Assembly (NCBI GenBank): GCA_965655095.1
Contig: OZ296649.1
Coordinates: 106,392,001 to 106,456,000 of the forward strand
From: Haplodiscus bocki
Taxonomy: Eukaryota
DNA length: 64,000 bases
Reading direction: 5' to 3'
The notes beneath the pieces were generated by a model. It was not told the origin of the DNA, ran no database searches, and saw only the letters and a program-made list of their open reading frames with translations. Positions 27,431 to 39,168 of this stretch are shown here, piece after piece. Made by a program: the position numbers and the translations under genes. Position 1 is the stretch's first letter; the number at the start of each line of letters is the position of its first letter.

Positions 27431-30400
27431 AAATATAAAATCAACCCCTGTGTCAATGTTTCTTCAGTTTGTCTCAAAAAAGAGCTCTTTCGGGAGTTGT
27501 GAGGAATGCAACACAATCAAAGGTTACAAAATTACTTTTTTTGTTCGGACAAAGGACATCCTGAAGACTTGTAAGGCCAAATTTCTAAACTCAAAACAAT
27601 ATAGTCTGAGGTTTCGGCTTTCCATTTAGGACATGTTTTCGGACCACTACAGACTGTGAGTACCGGGTAATATGTTCTGAGAGTTACTATGGAAAGCCAA
27701 AAAGACTTTTTTCTTGGCGATGAAAACGTGAAGAATGCTATTTTAGCCACTATTTTGATAAGTCCAGAACATTCTCGTTATGTGATTAATATTTTTTTCT
27801 TTGAGAATTTAGCAAACAAAATTGCAAGTTTAGAGTTCTGTCTTTAACTCGTGTTTTTACACAGACTATCACAAAAAATATAGCCTTGCCACAGCGGCAT
27901 TTTTTATTTAAGAGCAACAGGAAACCTTTAGAAAGAAAACGACACTGGAATTTGAAGGCAACGACAATTTTACCTCCTCGTCTCACATTTGTTACCGTTT
28001 TAAAAAATATCCAACGTCTTCAACTTTAACGAGCAACTACTTTTTATCGTTGGACTCTTCCCAACTAGTTCTTTCATAGAAAGTTTTGCAAACGCAAAAT
28101 GATTGACTTCATCCAAAAAAATCAGCTGCAAAAAAAGTTCCACCGCCAAAAAGTAAGCGAAATATTTTTGAAGTCTGCCTATCGTTGTGATTCACCGACT
28201 GACATTCTGAACTTTGGCGCCCTCTTAGTTTTTACCTACTGCTCCTTGGACCAGTTTTTTTCTAAAAATAGTCGTGTCCGGTTCTCGTTGACGATGACCA
28301 AAAACTTGGCTATCAAAAATGGTACAAAAGAAATTGATGAAAGTTTTGTTTAGACGTCTTTGTCGTATTACATCGCAGTTCTCATGGCACTTGCTGCCTG
28401 TAATTTTTTCGATTGAGTTTTTCTCGATAGAACAACAAAAATTTGTTTGTTTGATTATATGCTCAGTAATCGGCGGAGTTTTTGCGAACACTTTTTAGTT
28501 CAACAGTTTCTAAGGTATCCCCTTTTGTGCCATTTTCGTCAGTTTTACTGGGTTCGAAAGTCATGTTTAATAAATTTCGGTTCAAATTGGAGAGGCGCAA
28601 GACCAGCTTGCGCCCTGAAAAGCAAAGTGAAAAGAAAACAGAAAGAAAAAAAATTGATTAATCGGAAAAAGCTTTTCGACATGCAGAATCCGTACCAAGT
28701 AAAAGGCGGTGTCAGAATATTAGTTTTTTGGGAGCGTTGAGTCTTTGCTACACTTTGAAATTGATGCTTGAAGATATTTGTGCAGAACATTATCCTACAA
28801 TTCAAATTTTTTCGTCAAACCAAATTTGTTTTCCAATTTTGGCATTGGTGATTTGATGGCACTACTGATAATATTCTTCAACTTGCTTTGGGCTATAAGC
28901 ATTTAACCACTGAGTTTTGGAAGCTTTCGGGAGTCCAAAGTGCCCACAGAAAATGCTAACATCAATTTTATTGTGGCGATGTTGGTTATTTTGGTTTTTC
29001 GATGTTCACTCACTTCCAATCAAAGCCCTGGAATGGACTATAAGTAGGCCGAGTTTATACTAGTTGCTATGTTCATCGCGAGGCTGGTTCTTTGTCTTCG
29101 CAAGTTCAGTACAAAACACAATCGTCTGTGCTGTAATTCTTGAGAATGTTTTCGCTCCGTGGCTTCCAACATTACCAATAACTAGGAAACGCGAAACGAT
29201 ACAATTTTTTCAAAGGTTTCGGAGGATTGGCAAAAACTGTTTTCTTCATGCTCTCACACATGTGAAAGCAATGATTTTGTACGATAAACTTTTTCAGTGG
29301 CGTGTGAAAATAAAGATTTTTGGAGAGAAGTTCGCAACTAATTAGGCTACAAACTCATCGTTCATTGCTAACAAGTACAAGTTTTTCATTACAGTTTCTC
29401 AAAAAAATCTCACAATTGCCTCAAGTATTTGGGAATTTTTTCTGAAAATGGATCGCTTTTGTGAATGTTAAAATCACTATTTTTGAGGAACTTTTCAAGT
29501 CAAACAAGAACTTTTCATTATCGTCCTCGGCAGTTTTTTGTTAGCCAAAAACAACCCTTCTTCGTCAACTGAATATTACTTGCATTTTGTCGGGCAAAAT
29601 ATCACCATTACAGATAAAACAAGTGAGTTAGATGAGAGTAAATTGCCGGGCAAATACGCATAGTATGTCTCTGCTTACTAGCGTGACACCCTTTGTTCAA
29701 GTATCGTTCAAGTACAGCGTCAGGGTCTCAAATCAATGTTTGATATGACCTATTCACGATAACATCCACTTCAGGATAGCAATCATTCTTTGAACAGTCC
29801 TTGTTACACGCCTGGTTTTCTCTCTTAGTGTCCCGGGAAGTTCTGGGAAAAATTCTGAATTCCACTGGGACTTGTGAGATCAGAAAAAACTATCTCACTT
29901 CGACAGTGTAGCCTGTGTCCAATTCTGTATTCTACAGAAATCTTTGGATATGTGTTATGTGTTTGGCCTCTATTCCCTGAAACTCATCGGAAATTAGCGT
30001 GATCTAATCCTCGAAAATCTTAGGAGCATTTGTTCCTCTTGACAAATTGTCCCTAGGAAGTTCCTTTTGAAAAACTTCGAATACTGCAGCTCTTTTCGTT
30101 TTAATTCTAAGTCTTGCCATCTGAAAAGGAAATTAACAGCTTCAAGACTGAATTATCTGTTCAATTTCAAAAGGAAATGTTTCAATGACTTGGTAGAAGC
30201 TTCAATACAATTCTCAGTAATTTTTTAAAACCCATTTCATCCATGTACATTTCTTCCTTGGCAGCAAACAAATGTTGTTTTCACGTCAATTTAAAATCGA
30301 AGCAATACGGCCGACTTGCTCCGGCATATTTTTCGCCCGACTACAAATATTTTGATCAACTTTTGCCAACGGTTAAAAACAAAACTACTGTTCGGAATTT

Positions 30401-30464
30401 AATTTTCCAAGAGTTCTTACAAAAATCAATTCCACCACCGATTTTTGCACTTTATGCAAAAAGA

Positions 30465-31690
30465 TATCACGATTTTCCGTTGAGAAATTTTTGTCTTGCA
30501 GTGCCGAACACAAGAAACCTTCCGTGCTTCAGAAAAGTTTTTAGTGTCGAAAAAGTTTATGGATAAGGGAGAAGGAGGAAGTATAAAAATTTTCCGTCGA
30601 ATATTTTTTGTCTCACAGTGCCGAAAATTTTTGTAGGGGAATCCTTTAGTGTTTCATTAATTTCGGGTATCGAAAAATGATAGGGATAAGAGAGGGTGGG
30701 AATCACGACTTTCCGTCGAAATTGTTTTGTCTCACAATATCGAAACATTTCGCAGTAACCCTTTAGTGAGTCACTAATTGCGGGCATCGAAAAATTTTAT
30801 GCTTAAGAGAGGGGGAATGGAAGGGAGGAAATATCACGATTTTCTGTCAAAATTTTTTTTCTCAAAGTGCCAAAAAATTTCGTAGAGGAACCTTTCTAGG
30901 TTCCACAAAATTTCCGGTATCGAAAAATATTAGGAAAGAAAGGGGGCGGGTATCACGATTTTCCGTCAAAATTGTTTTGTCTCATAGTACTGAATCTTTT
31001 GGTAGAGGAACTCTTCTGTGTTTTAGAAAGTTTCGAGTATCGACAAATTTTATGCCTAAGATGGGAATATTACATTTTTCGATAGAAAATTTGTTGTCTC
31101 ACAGTGCCGAAAAATTTCTTAAGGAACCCTTTAGTGTGTGATTAAGTTCGGTTATCGAAAAATTTCATGCCTAAGAGGGTTATGTCACGATTTTATGTCG
31201 AATTTTTTTCTGTCTTGCAGTACCGATAAACTTCGTAGGGGAAAACTTTTGTGCTGTGTTTCAGAGAAGTTCCGGCAGCGAAAAAGTTTTTGGATAAGAG
31301 GGGGAAAGAAGAGGGAGGGAGTATCACAATTTTTTGTCAAAAATTTTGTCTCACGGTGCCGAAAATTTCCGTAGGCATTTGCACGGTGCCGAAAACATCC
31401 TTTAGTGTTTCAATATTTTCGGGTATCGAAAATTGTTGGCGATAAGAGAGGGGGGAATCACGATTTTCCGTCGAACTTGTTTTGTCTCACAATACCGAAA
31501 CACTTCGTAGAGGAACTCTTCCGTGCTGTGTTTTAAAAAACTCCCGGTAGCGATAAAGTTTATCAATAAGGGGGAGGGAGGAAGTATCAAAACTTTCCGT
31601 CGACTAATTTTTGTCTCACAGTGCCGAAAGTTTCGTAACGTAACTATTTAGTGTTTCACTAATTCTGGGTATCGAAAAATTTAGGGATGA
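30465..31690. repeat. Tandem satellite, ~10 diverged units of ~118-135 bp
   Basis: Repeating ATCACGATTTTCCGTCGAAA-TTTTTGTCTCACAGTGCCGAAAA-TTTCGTAG-GGAACC-TTTAGTGTTTC-CGGGTATCGAAAAA plus a purine-rich spacer. Confidence 0.93.
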
Positions 31691-31704
31691 ATCATTAAAA
31701 TATT

Positions 31705-31775
31705 TGTCACGACAGAGACTCGAACTCTGAACCTGCTGATTGAGCACCTTGTAGTCCTAACCCTGCTGCTGTCAT
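31705..31775 (-). other. tRNA-derived (SINE-head-like) Pol III promoter remnant
   Basis: Minus strand has an A-box-like AGCAGGGTTAGG and a B-box GTTCGAGTC at tRNA-like spacing; no intact cloverleaf. Confidence 0.45.
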
Positions 31776-31976
31776 TTATTTTTTTTTAAAAAAAGAGTTG
31801 GCAATTCTGGTCTGAAAAAAAAACAAAAACGACCCTACTGAATAAATGATTTTTTTTGCGTTTTACATATGCGGCAAGAAATAAAAAGGAAATGAACTAT
31901 AGGAAAGTATAAACCAAACATCAAGGACCGAATCAGCCGTAAAAAAAGCTCTCTGTCCATTTGTTCAATCATCGGG

Positions 31977-32718
31977 AGTAGTAGAAGAGTGAGCAGACCA
32001 GGTGGGGCGGGGTTGAAGACCCGATGTATTAAGAAAAGCTGTAGCGAGCCGATTCGAGCCGAGAGCCGAGAAGGGTCTTCAACCCAAGCCGAGAGCTCTC
32101 GAGTGACGTAGTACTCGATTCTGATTGGCTGAAGACTCGGTTGACGTAATACTCGAATTTGATTGCCTGCCGACGGTAATGTATTAGGGTAGGGTATAGT
32201 TCGGTTCAATGTAATAAGATAGGGTATAGTTCGGCAAAATATTTAGATAACGTATGTTTCGGCAATATATTAAGATAGGGTACAGTTCGGTTGCATGTAT
32301 TAAGGTAGGGTATAATTCGGTTCATTGTATCAAGATAGGGTTCGGGTCAATGTATTAAGATAGGATATAGTTCAGCAATGTATTGTGATAAGGTATAGTT
32401 CGACAATGTGTTAAGATAGGCAGTGCCCCTAAGTAGTATAGGGGATGGGGATGTTCACAACGGGAGGGGGTTCCTTTGCAAATGTGGGGTTTAAAACGGG
32501 TGTAATCCATCCTTACTTGGAGAATTTCCGACCTTTTGCGGGGCTGCATATTCTATTACGCGTGCGGATAAGTTATTACGCGTCCGGAGAATTGATTACG
32601 CGTGCGGATATTTCATTACGCGTGCGGATATTTCATTACGCGTGCGGATACTTATATGACTTAAGGCTATGTAAAAGGACTGTATTAATGTTCTAAAAAG
32701 TTAATTAGAATGTATAAA
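31977..32718 (+). repeat. Left TIR of Maverick 1
   Basis: Reverse complement of 49509-50056. Contains ~9 copies of a ~28-30 bp unit (AATGTATTAAGATAGGGTATAGTTCGG) and 5 copies of a 20-bp unit (ATTACGCGTGCGGAT...). Confidence 0.93.
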
Positions 32719-32754
32719 TAATAGCAAAGACATTGTAAAATCTGCACATTTACA

Positions 32755-33164
32755 TTAGAGATAATGAGAAATTACAAGTAATCTCTTGTAAATGAAAGTA
32801 CAAATAACATCGTGAACTCCTGTAATTTCTTCTTGTCGGAATTTGAAGAGTTGAAAAGCTGTATATCTCGTGTAGAAACCGCAAACGCTGGAATGGGACT
32901 GTAGTGGTTCTGGCATCATCTGTTCATATTGCTGCTTGAGGAAACTGTACTTTTTACGACCAAGAGAGTCTGCAAAGTACAATATTTGACAAGGGTTTCC
33001 AATCTTTATCCAATGCTCACCCTGCATATTGCTGGGTAGCGTATTTACAACGGCAAAAGTGTCAATATCAAGAGTTGGAACATAGTCAGAGGGAAAAGAG
33101 CCACGGCACCGATATTTGAGTTGTGGGATACGGTTGAGTAATTGCTGGAGAGGAATTTATCCTT
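32755..33164 (-). pseudogene. Adenain-like cysteine protease (PRO)
   Basis: GSFPSD...VVNT...GEHW...YFADSLG...LQSHSSVCGFY contains the catalytic H, D, Q and C residues. Start codon mutated. Confidence 0.9.
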
Positions 33165-33165
33165 T

Positions 33166-34497
33166 TTATATGTTTTTTCCAACAACACCAAACTTGTCAA
33201 CTGCAACCGAAGACATTCAATCTCCCAATACAATGAGTTCAGTAACGTGTTCGAGAGGAAAAGTAAAGTTTAGCTCCAACCTCAATGGTTCTCCAACTAG
33301 TTCTGTGTGATGACAGTTTTCAGTACCATCTTGCATCGAAGTCAAATGAAACATTTGTACATAGTGGTCTTTCAAATTATCAATTGGAATTGAGGGGATG
33401 TCATCTTGAAAGTGCACTGGATAATTGTTGTAACATAAAGGCAGCAATTATCAGCAGCATTGAAGTCTAAAATTGGTTGATCTACTCTGAGTATTCTAAT
33501 TTGTCGGATATCAAATTGAGAATGGATTTTCAGTAAAAGATCCAGTGCATGCAGAGTTTGTATTCATTGCATTAGCAATCCGACGAATTGGAGCATTGTT
33601 GAAAATGTTTCCTTGAATGAACTGGTTTTCTCTGGGAGGAATGTTGATCGTCTTTGCAATAATTTCTAAATAGTTGGACTCCAGAGTGTAAGCAAGCATG
33701 TCCAATCGTTTCTTGTGATAATCATCCTTGAGAGCAACACGACGAGTGTGAAAGGAACAATCAACAATTCCAAGACTAACGTTGGGGTTGTCGGTAATCA
33801 TGTAGAAATTAAATCTGGCTCTGATTAGTCCGAGGTCAATTTTCGTATTTAGATATAGCAATTCAGAAGTGGAGAAAAAGTCAACCCCCAATTTACCATA
33901 CAACATGAAACAATCGGGTCTGCTGAGCATTTTCATTCTACTTGTGAAATAAGGTTCAAACAAAGGCGCCTCGATAATTTCATCAAGAATTTCTTCAAAG
34001 TCGTACCCCTCGCAATGCAAAGCTCCCTTGTATTCAAACTTAGCTCCCATGAATTTGTTTCAAATGTAAGTTTTATGCGCATACAATCCACTAGAGTTGT
34101 ATGTTTGTTGTTTGTTGATGTACAATTCAACATTGGAAAAAATTCAGTGCAAAATGTTATTTACATGAGTAACGAGAGGAACTGGAGCCTCCTCTGCCGT
34201 CTCTTCCTCTTCCGTTTTTGCCTCTTCTTTTTGCTCCTTTTTTACTTCTTTAGTTTTGTATGTTTCGTAACCACGACCCGTGACAAGTTTCAGATTCAAA
34301 GCCAAGTACGTTTGTCTCAAATCAACGTAATAGCTCCGATCCGTTTGAAGTTCAAACTCTCTGCAGTTTTCATCGAGTGTGGTAGTAGGATAGATTTCTT
34401 GTTCATGGGACAACAAGACATCGTCAACTACTGGGACTTTCCCTCCAAGACTTCCAGAAACTGCCACAAAAGGTTCGTACCGAAAATTACTCGACAT
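33166..34497 (-). pseudogene. Major capsid protein (double jelly-roll), frameshifted
   Basis: EF.LQTDRSYYVDLRQTYLALNLKLV, VNNILH..FSNVELYIN and a C-terminal LRLELNFTFPLEHV, spread over ORFs 34144..34497, 33511..34050 and 33217..33447. Confidence 0.85.
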
Positions 34498-34499
34498 GA

Positions 34500-34863
34500 T
34501 TAATGAGAAATTTTTCTAAAAATGTCTCTTCGTGACCGACTGATTTCTTTTGCAGATTTTGTTGGACTGACTCTGCTGTCAGTCCTTTTCCTGCTACCAC
34601 TACCCAACTGTTTTTCAGAGTCTGTCTTCCTACACTCTTTGCAGCTGTCTTGAAACTCTCCCTACCACTGAAAACCTCTGCAGTTTCTAACGCAGCAACG
34701 TCAAACAAGTCAGCAATTACGCGTTTTGCAGCTGAGACAATAAATTTACGCAAAAGGGAAATACAGTTCTCCAAATAACTTGTGCAAGTGCACCGAAGCC
34801 CCGTCCACGTTGTCGACCGACACTTCTATGGAATGGAATCTGAACTTGTCTTGAAGCAACCGT
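34500..34863 (-). pseudogene. Small basic virion-type protein with QRGRG/FG motif (PW/cupiennin-like amphipathic peptide)
   Basis: Manual translation: (T/M)VASRQVQIPFHRSVGRQRGRGFGALAQVIWRT...LRKFIVSAAKRV...KTAAKSVGRQTLK; located between mCP and MCP. Confidence 0.7.
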
Positions 34864-34881
34864 CTTGTAACGTCGTTTAGG

Positions 34882-35683
34882 TTAGAAATCAATTTTGGAG
34901 GCTTTCCTGAACATCAAAGAAAGACGAGTGATACCGACAGATACAAAGGGTATCTTTTCACCGCTCATGTCTCTCAAGTCAATGTGAATACGATTAAAAT
35001 ATTTTTTGAGCAACGGCTTGAATTGAGGTTTGCCAAATGTCTGATAGTACATGAACTATCCAGTAGTTATAATGTCTCCAGCCTTGAGCTTCGAAAAAAG
35101 AGGAAAGAAACGCAGCAATGGAGTTTTCGTGTCGCCAACGATATTGCACTCAGTCATGTCCTTGTACATCATGAGAGAGTGTATGCGGAGAATGTCGTAA
35201 GCAAATTCTGGTTGGTGAGGTCCTTTTCTTCTCAACGATACTCCAAACTCATTACTAACAATACTTCCGAAAATGTGTCGCAGGTCCGTATTAGAAATAC
35301 AAGACCAGATATTTCAAATGCAAGGTAAATTTCAACTTTTTGCGTTCTTTGAGACACTTCAACTGTGATACAGTTTTCGCTGTGTTTGTGTTTTTCTTGA
35401 ATTAGAGTGTTCATGGCTTCAGCATTTTCCGTAATGGAAGGGTAGAGACCGGGGTCCACATAGTAAAACTCAGACGACCTTGAAAATTTTTTCGTCAAAA
35501 ACATAAACAATCCGTCTGTGACATTTTGGTACATTGATGCGTAAGATTTTTCCAAAATTGCCACCTCCCATTGAACTTCCAGATGCAGTTGCTCCGGTAA
35601 AAAGTTTGAAAAGAGTTGAGTGTATTGTCCGGAAATAGTTGTGCAGATGCAATAAAAACCAATTCTTTTTTAAGCAATTCCAC
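34882..35683 (-). pseudogene. Minor capsid protein (penton), frameshifted
   Basis: ASAQLFPDNTLNSF..LPEQLHLEVQWEVA, PGLYPSI, NIVGDTKTPLLR and IHIDLRDMSGEKIPF are typical Polinton penton motifs. Confidence 0.87.
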
Positions 35684-35689
35684 TGTTGA

Positions 35690-36622
35690 ATGACTTTGAT
35701 CAACTCTTTTTGCTAAAATTTACCACGGATAATCTCGTCTTGTTCATCCTTTTTTGTGTATGTTGGAGGTTTTCTGGAAGAAAATGCAACAATTTCGAAA
35801 ACCTCTCGTGTAAACTATGGCTTATAACCCTTCTTGAAGAGTGAGTCATATTTCGAGATGCGAAGGCTGTCTCCACTTTTAAACTTGGGTTTTCTAATTT
35901 CTCGTAGTGGTTTGCTGTACAGAATGGACAAAAAGTCGGAATTCTTTCCATTCTTTGGCATCAAGTCTATCGAGTAATTTCCTCGAGAATTTAGTGTTGT
36001 AACGAATTGAGTCAATATGTGAATGTACTTGTACCACTTGTCTTCCATGTAACGGTAAAGTATTTTTTTCAGGGATCGTATTGTACGTTCAGCAAATGCA
36101 GTCTTCGTCTCACTCATTGTGTGTAAACTTGTATTCCTTCAGATTTGCTTAGTTTTTCAAGCTCTCCAGCAAATTCTGTTCCCTTGTCAACCCAAAATTT
36201 TCTGGGACGATAATTTTTTGTAATCAGAGTCAAAATGCACGAACCGTTTCCTTGGAATCTTTTGTTTTCATTCCTTTTGCATCTACAGTCCTATCAAATA
36301 GATCTTGACGACCTAGAAGATTCTTCACACCGATAATATCTTTGACTAGTTTATCAACGTATGCCAAGTCCATACACCAATTTTCATTTATGTATCTAGC
36401 AAATGCCTTCACTTGTTTGAATTTACGTGTGGCAAGAGTAAATTTTGTAAAGGAGGATTTTGCATGCAAAAATTGTCTCACCTTTGATACTGACAGGTTG
36501 CTAGCTTTCAATAAAATGCGCACAGACCCATAAGGAGCATCGCCCTGTACGTACAGCCTTTGCAGCTTCTGACGTTCAGATTTTGAAAGGGACCCAGTTT
36601 CCTCTCTGTGTTGCTTTGGCAT
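35690..36622 (-). pseudogene. Retroviral-like DDE integrase
   Basis: WCMDLA, WVDKGTEF and AFAERTIRSLK give the D-D-E triad; C-terminal KPKFKSGDSLRISK..FKKGY; frameshifted. Confidence 0.93.
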
Positions 36623-36624
36623 TC

Positions 36625-36975
36625 GGATTCAGTATCAAAGCCGGAGATATAATAGCGGCGCCAAGTAAAGTAAACGTGTGGAACGTCTGGATTTCTACGA
36701 CGCAGTTATTGAGCAAAGTCCATCAGGAAAATTCCAGTTTCTACGCCATACCCAATTAAAAATTGCGATTTCGAGAGCTTGATACGTGGACAAGACAAAA
36801 TTTTGTCTACTAAAGGGTCTGCTTTGCAAAATAATTTTGTGTTTTTTTCATTCGTAAGTGAATCAATTTGGGATACTGTGAAGGTTGATATTTTGGAAGT
36901 TCCTGCTGTGTAACTGACTGGCTCTGCAAACTGTTGTTGTACACTGAAGCAGGAACTAGGACAAATTGCTCTACA
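36625..36975 (-). pseudogene. Maverick small protein of unknown function (xxFVLVP N-terminus)
   Basis: EQFVLVPASVYN...ELPKYQ...LVDKILSCPRIKLS; sits directly upstream of the integrase. Confidence 0.4.
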
Positions 36976-37200
36976 TCAAGACAAATGGTGTTAATGACGG
37001 GAAGAATAATAACTTTACACAGCTGTAGTTCTTTTTCAGACGCGAGGATGTCTCTTTTGTGCTTCCAAGTTGTACGTTTTGGAGACAACAGCCAAATCTC
37101 CCTGTGAGAACTCGCCACGTGATGTCTCTTTATGCTTTGCAGGTTTCCTTTGAGCAGATTTATTATGCATTCGCAAAGAAACTGCTTAAAAATTTTTGGA
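36975..37200 (-). pseudogene. Conserved Maverick small basic protein (CEC..N.L.GN motif)
   Basis: KQFLCECIINLLKGNL...KRDILASEKELQL..VIILPVI within ORF 36810..37286. Confidence 0.5.
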
Positions 37201-37933
37201 AAGACTGAAGAAAAAGACATTTGCAATTGTGGAAAAATGATTGGAACAGTTGGAGAGTAGAGAGATTTTATGTCTTCATCGTCCAAACTTTTTGACGGTT
37301 TCAGCCGGTCCGGGATATAAAATTTTGAAGGAATGGATCCGGTGTTTGTACAATAACGTAATCGATCGTCTGTTTGTGGCGAAAATCAATCAACGATTGA
37401 CCATAGGTTACAGACACTGCGTCTGGATACCAAACAACTACCTCCGATACGAGACCCAACTGTGCACTAAGCGTGCTGACTTGCATCCAATCACCAAGAG
37501 ATTTCAAGGGAACAATCTGCGTGTTATGGACCTCAACGTCTCGCCCTAGTTTGCTTTGATGAAACAAGTTGTGCTCAATGTATATTGTACTCAATCCACG
37601 GTGTCTGCCAGCAGTAGCAACATCAACAAAAGCTTTCGAATTGCAAATCTTTTCACATGAATTGTCAAAGATTAACAAGTATTTTGTACCGTTGTTTTCT
37701 AACCAATCTATAAATTCAAAGTTTGAACCATGAACAAACTCGAGATTCTCAATCTCCTCTTGCATAACATCATAAACTGTCTGCGAGTTTTGATAAAAAA
37801 AGTAAAGTTTGTCAAATTTTGTTTGAAAGGTTCCATTTTTAAGCCAATTTTAATTAAGTTGTGACTTTCCCGTCTCGGAGGGACCTACCAATGTTATAAA
37901 TATTGGATTTTTTTAAAAAAGTTACTTGTTCAT
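37200..37933 (-). pseudogene. A32/FtsK-HerA-type genome packaging ATPase
   Basis: Walker A GPSETGKS (37862-37885), Walker B YLLIFD, and AGRHRGLS..YIEHNLF (arginine-finger region). Confidence 0.93.
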
Positions 37934-38297
37934 AGTATTGGCGAGGTTAAGAGGTATCCTTCTGCACTACACAGAATTCCCAACCAAACAGCGGATTCGT
38001 CAAAAATTTTCGAGAGATGAATTCTCCAAAAGCAACCAAAAAAAATCAACAAAATTCCAGAAATTGGGACAAAAACACAATTGAAGATCTGGAACAGGTT
38101 TGTCCCAAACAGGCCTGCGATTTTCTCTCTTGATTGTTGTCCTCAAAGACATATTTACCTAGAATAATGTTATCTTCTTGATTAGTCATCTGCCTTGTAC
38201 TGTCAGTCTCTCAATAATGAATCTCGAAGAAGAAAATTGAATCGTTTTAAGAGAGTAGTTTTTGTAGATAGTGACAAAACATTTGACATTACAAAAC

Positions 38298-38757
38298 TTA
38301 CAACCTTAAATGCCACATTATCCAGTTACAAAAAAAATTTGCTTTACATTCCACACCGAGCACAGTGAAGTGTGGTCTTGAGTCTGAAAAGGTAACTCGA
38401 GCCAACCCAAATTTCTCCATCGACGAGACCTTGAACTTTGGAACAGCCGTGATGTTCCAATTTTTCCACAAGTTTATCCAATAAATTGTCAAGAATCTTG
38501 CCTTTTTCTGGTCCTTTTCCAAAGTTTTCACTCTCTAAAGCTCTGGGAAGAGTGTTTGAAAGCTCAGGGTGATCCAAACGTCCGCTGTTCCACACAATTG
38601 CGTGCAAGTTTTTTGTGCACTAAATGGCTTGTTTTGAAGGTTTGTACTTTTTTGGAGGACGAATTTAGTATGCCTGAATTTTGCTTTCAATAAAAACTCC
38701 CAAATATCTAATACCATTTTTATCTTCCAGCTCAACATCTAGTACAGTGCAAGACAT
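38298..38757 (-). pseudogene. DEDD/DnaQ-like exonuclease-family accessory protein
   Basis: MSCTVLDVE...LGVF...RPPK...NLHAIVWNSG...KGPEKGK.L...LEHHGC...HCA; ExoI-like hydrophobic-DxE motif at the N-terminus; stops and frameshift present. Confidence 0.55.
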
Positions 38758-38763
38758 ACTGCT

Positions 38764-39168
38764 TCAAAAGTCGAAAGAGTTCAAAATGGAGGGCATAAAC
38801 ACTTTTACGTAAAGGCAAAAGAGTAGTCCATTCACCTGACCAAGCAAACGAGAACTTGGTCCTCGCCCAATCATGTAACAGTATCCTGGAACTTTGCCAC
38901 TTTGTGCCCGAACTGCTCGAGCAGCATCATGTAGTATTGCGTGTAGTCTAAATACTTTTACATGACGGAATAAAACCTCCAAGTACGAGTCCCCATAACC
39001 AATGGTTCCACCAAATTTAAAATTTTGGTCCATCTTACGTAAAGAAATTGTAGAATCCCAGCGGAAACAGGCACCTAGAAATAAGTTTTTGCGAACACCA
39101 TTGTGTTCAAATGACAAATTTAATCCCGGGTACAAACGGAAGATGCTCATGAGGAAAAGAACATCCAT
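38764..39168 (-). CDS. Intact 134-aa ORF, possible PLA2-like (GxG...HD) protein
   Basis: FGGTIGYGDS followed ~20 aa later by HAILHDAA; the PLA2 assignment is an inference. Confidence 0.4.
   Translation of the reverse strand: MDVLFLMSIFRLYPGLNLSFEHNGVRKNLFLGACFRWDSTISLRKMDQNFKFGGTIGYGDSYLEVLFRHVKVFRLHAILHDAARAVRAQSGKVPGYCYMIGRGPSSRLLGQVNGLLFCLYVKVFMPSILNSFDF

Noticed and set aside
30465-31690. CRISPR-like array
   Set aside because: Whole units repeat with no unique spacers, context is eukaryotic, and there are no cas genes; it is a satellite.
31705-31775. Functional tRNA gene
   Set aside because: Acceptor and anticodon stems do not pair; kept only as a tRNA-derived remnant.
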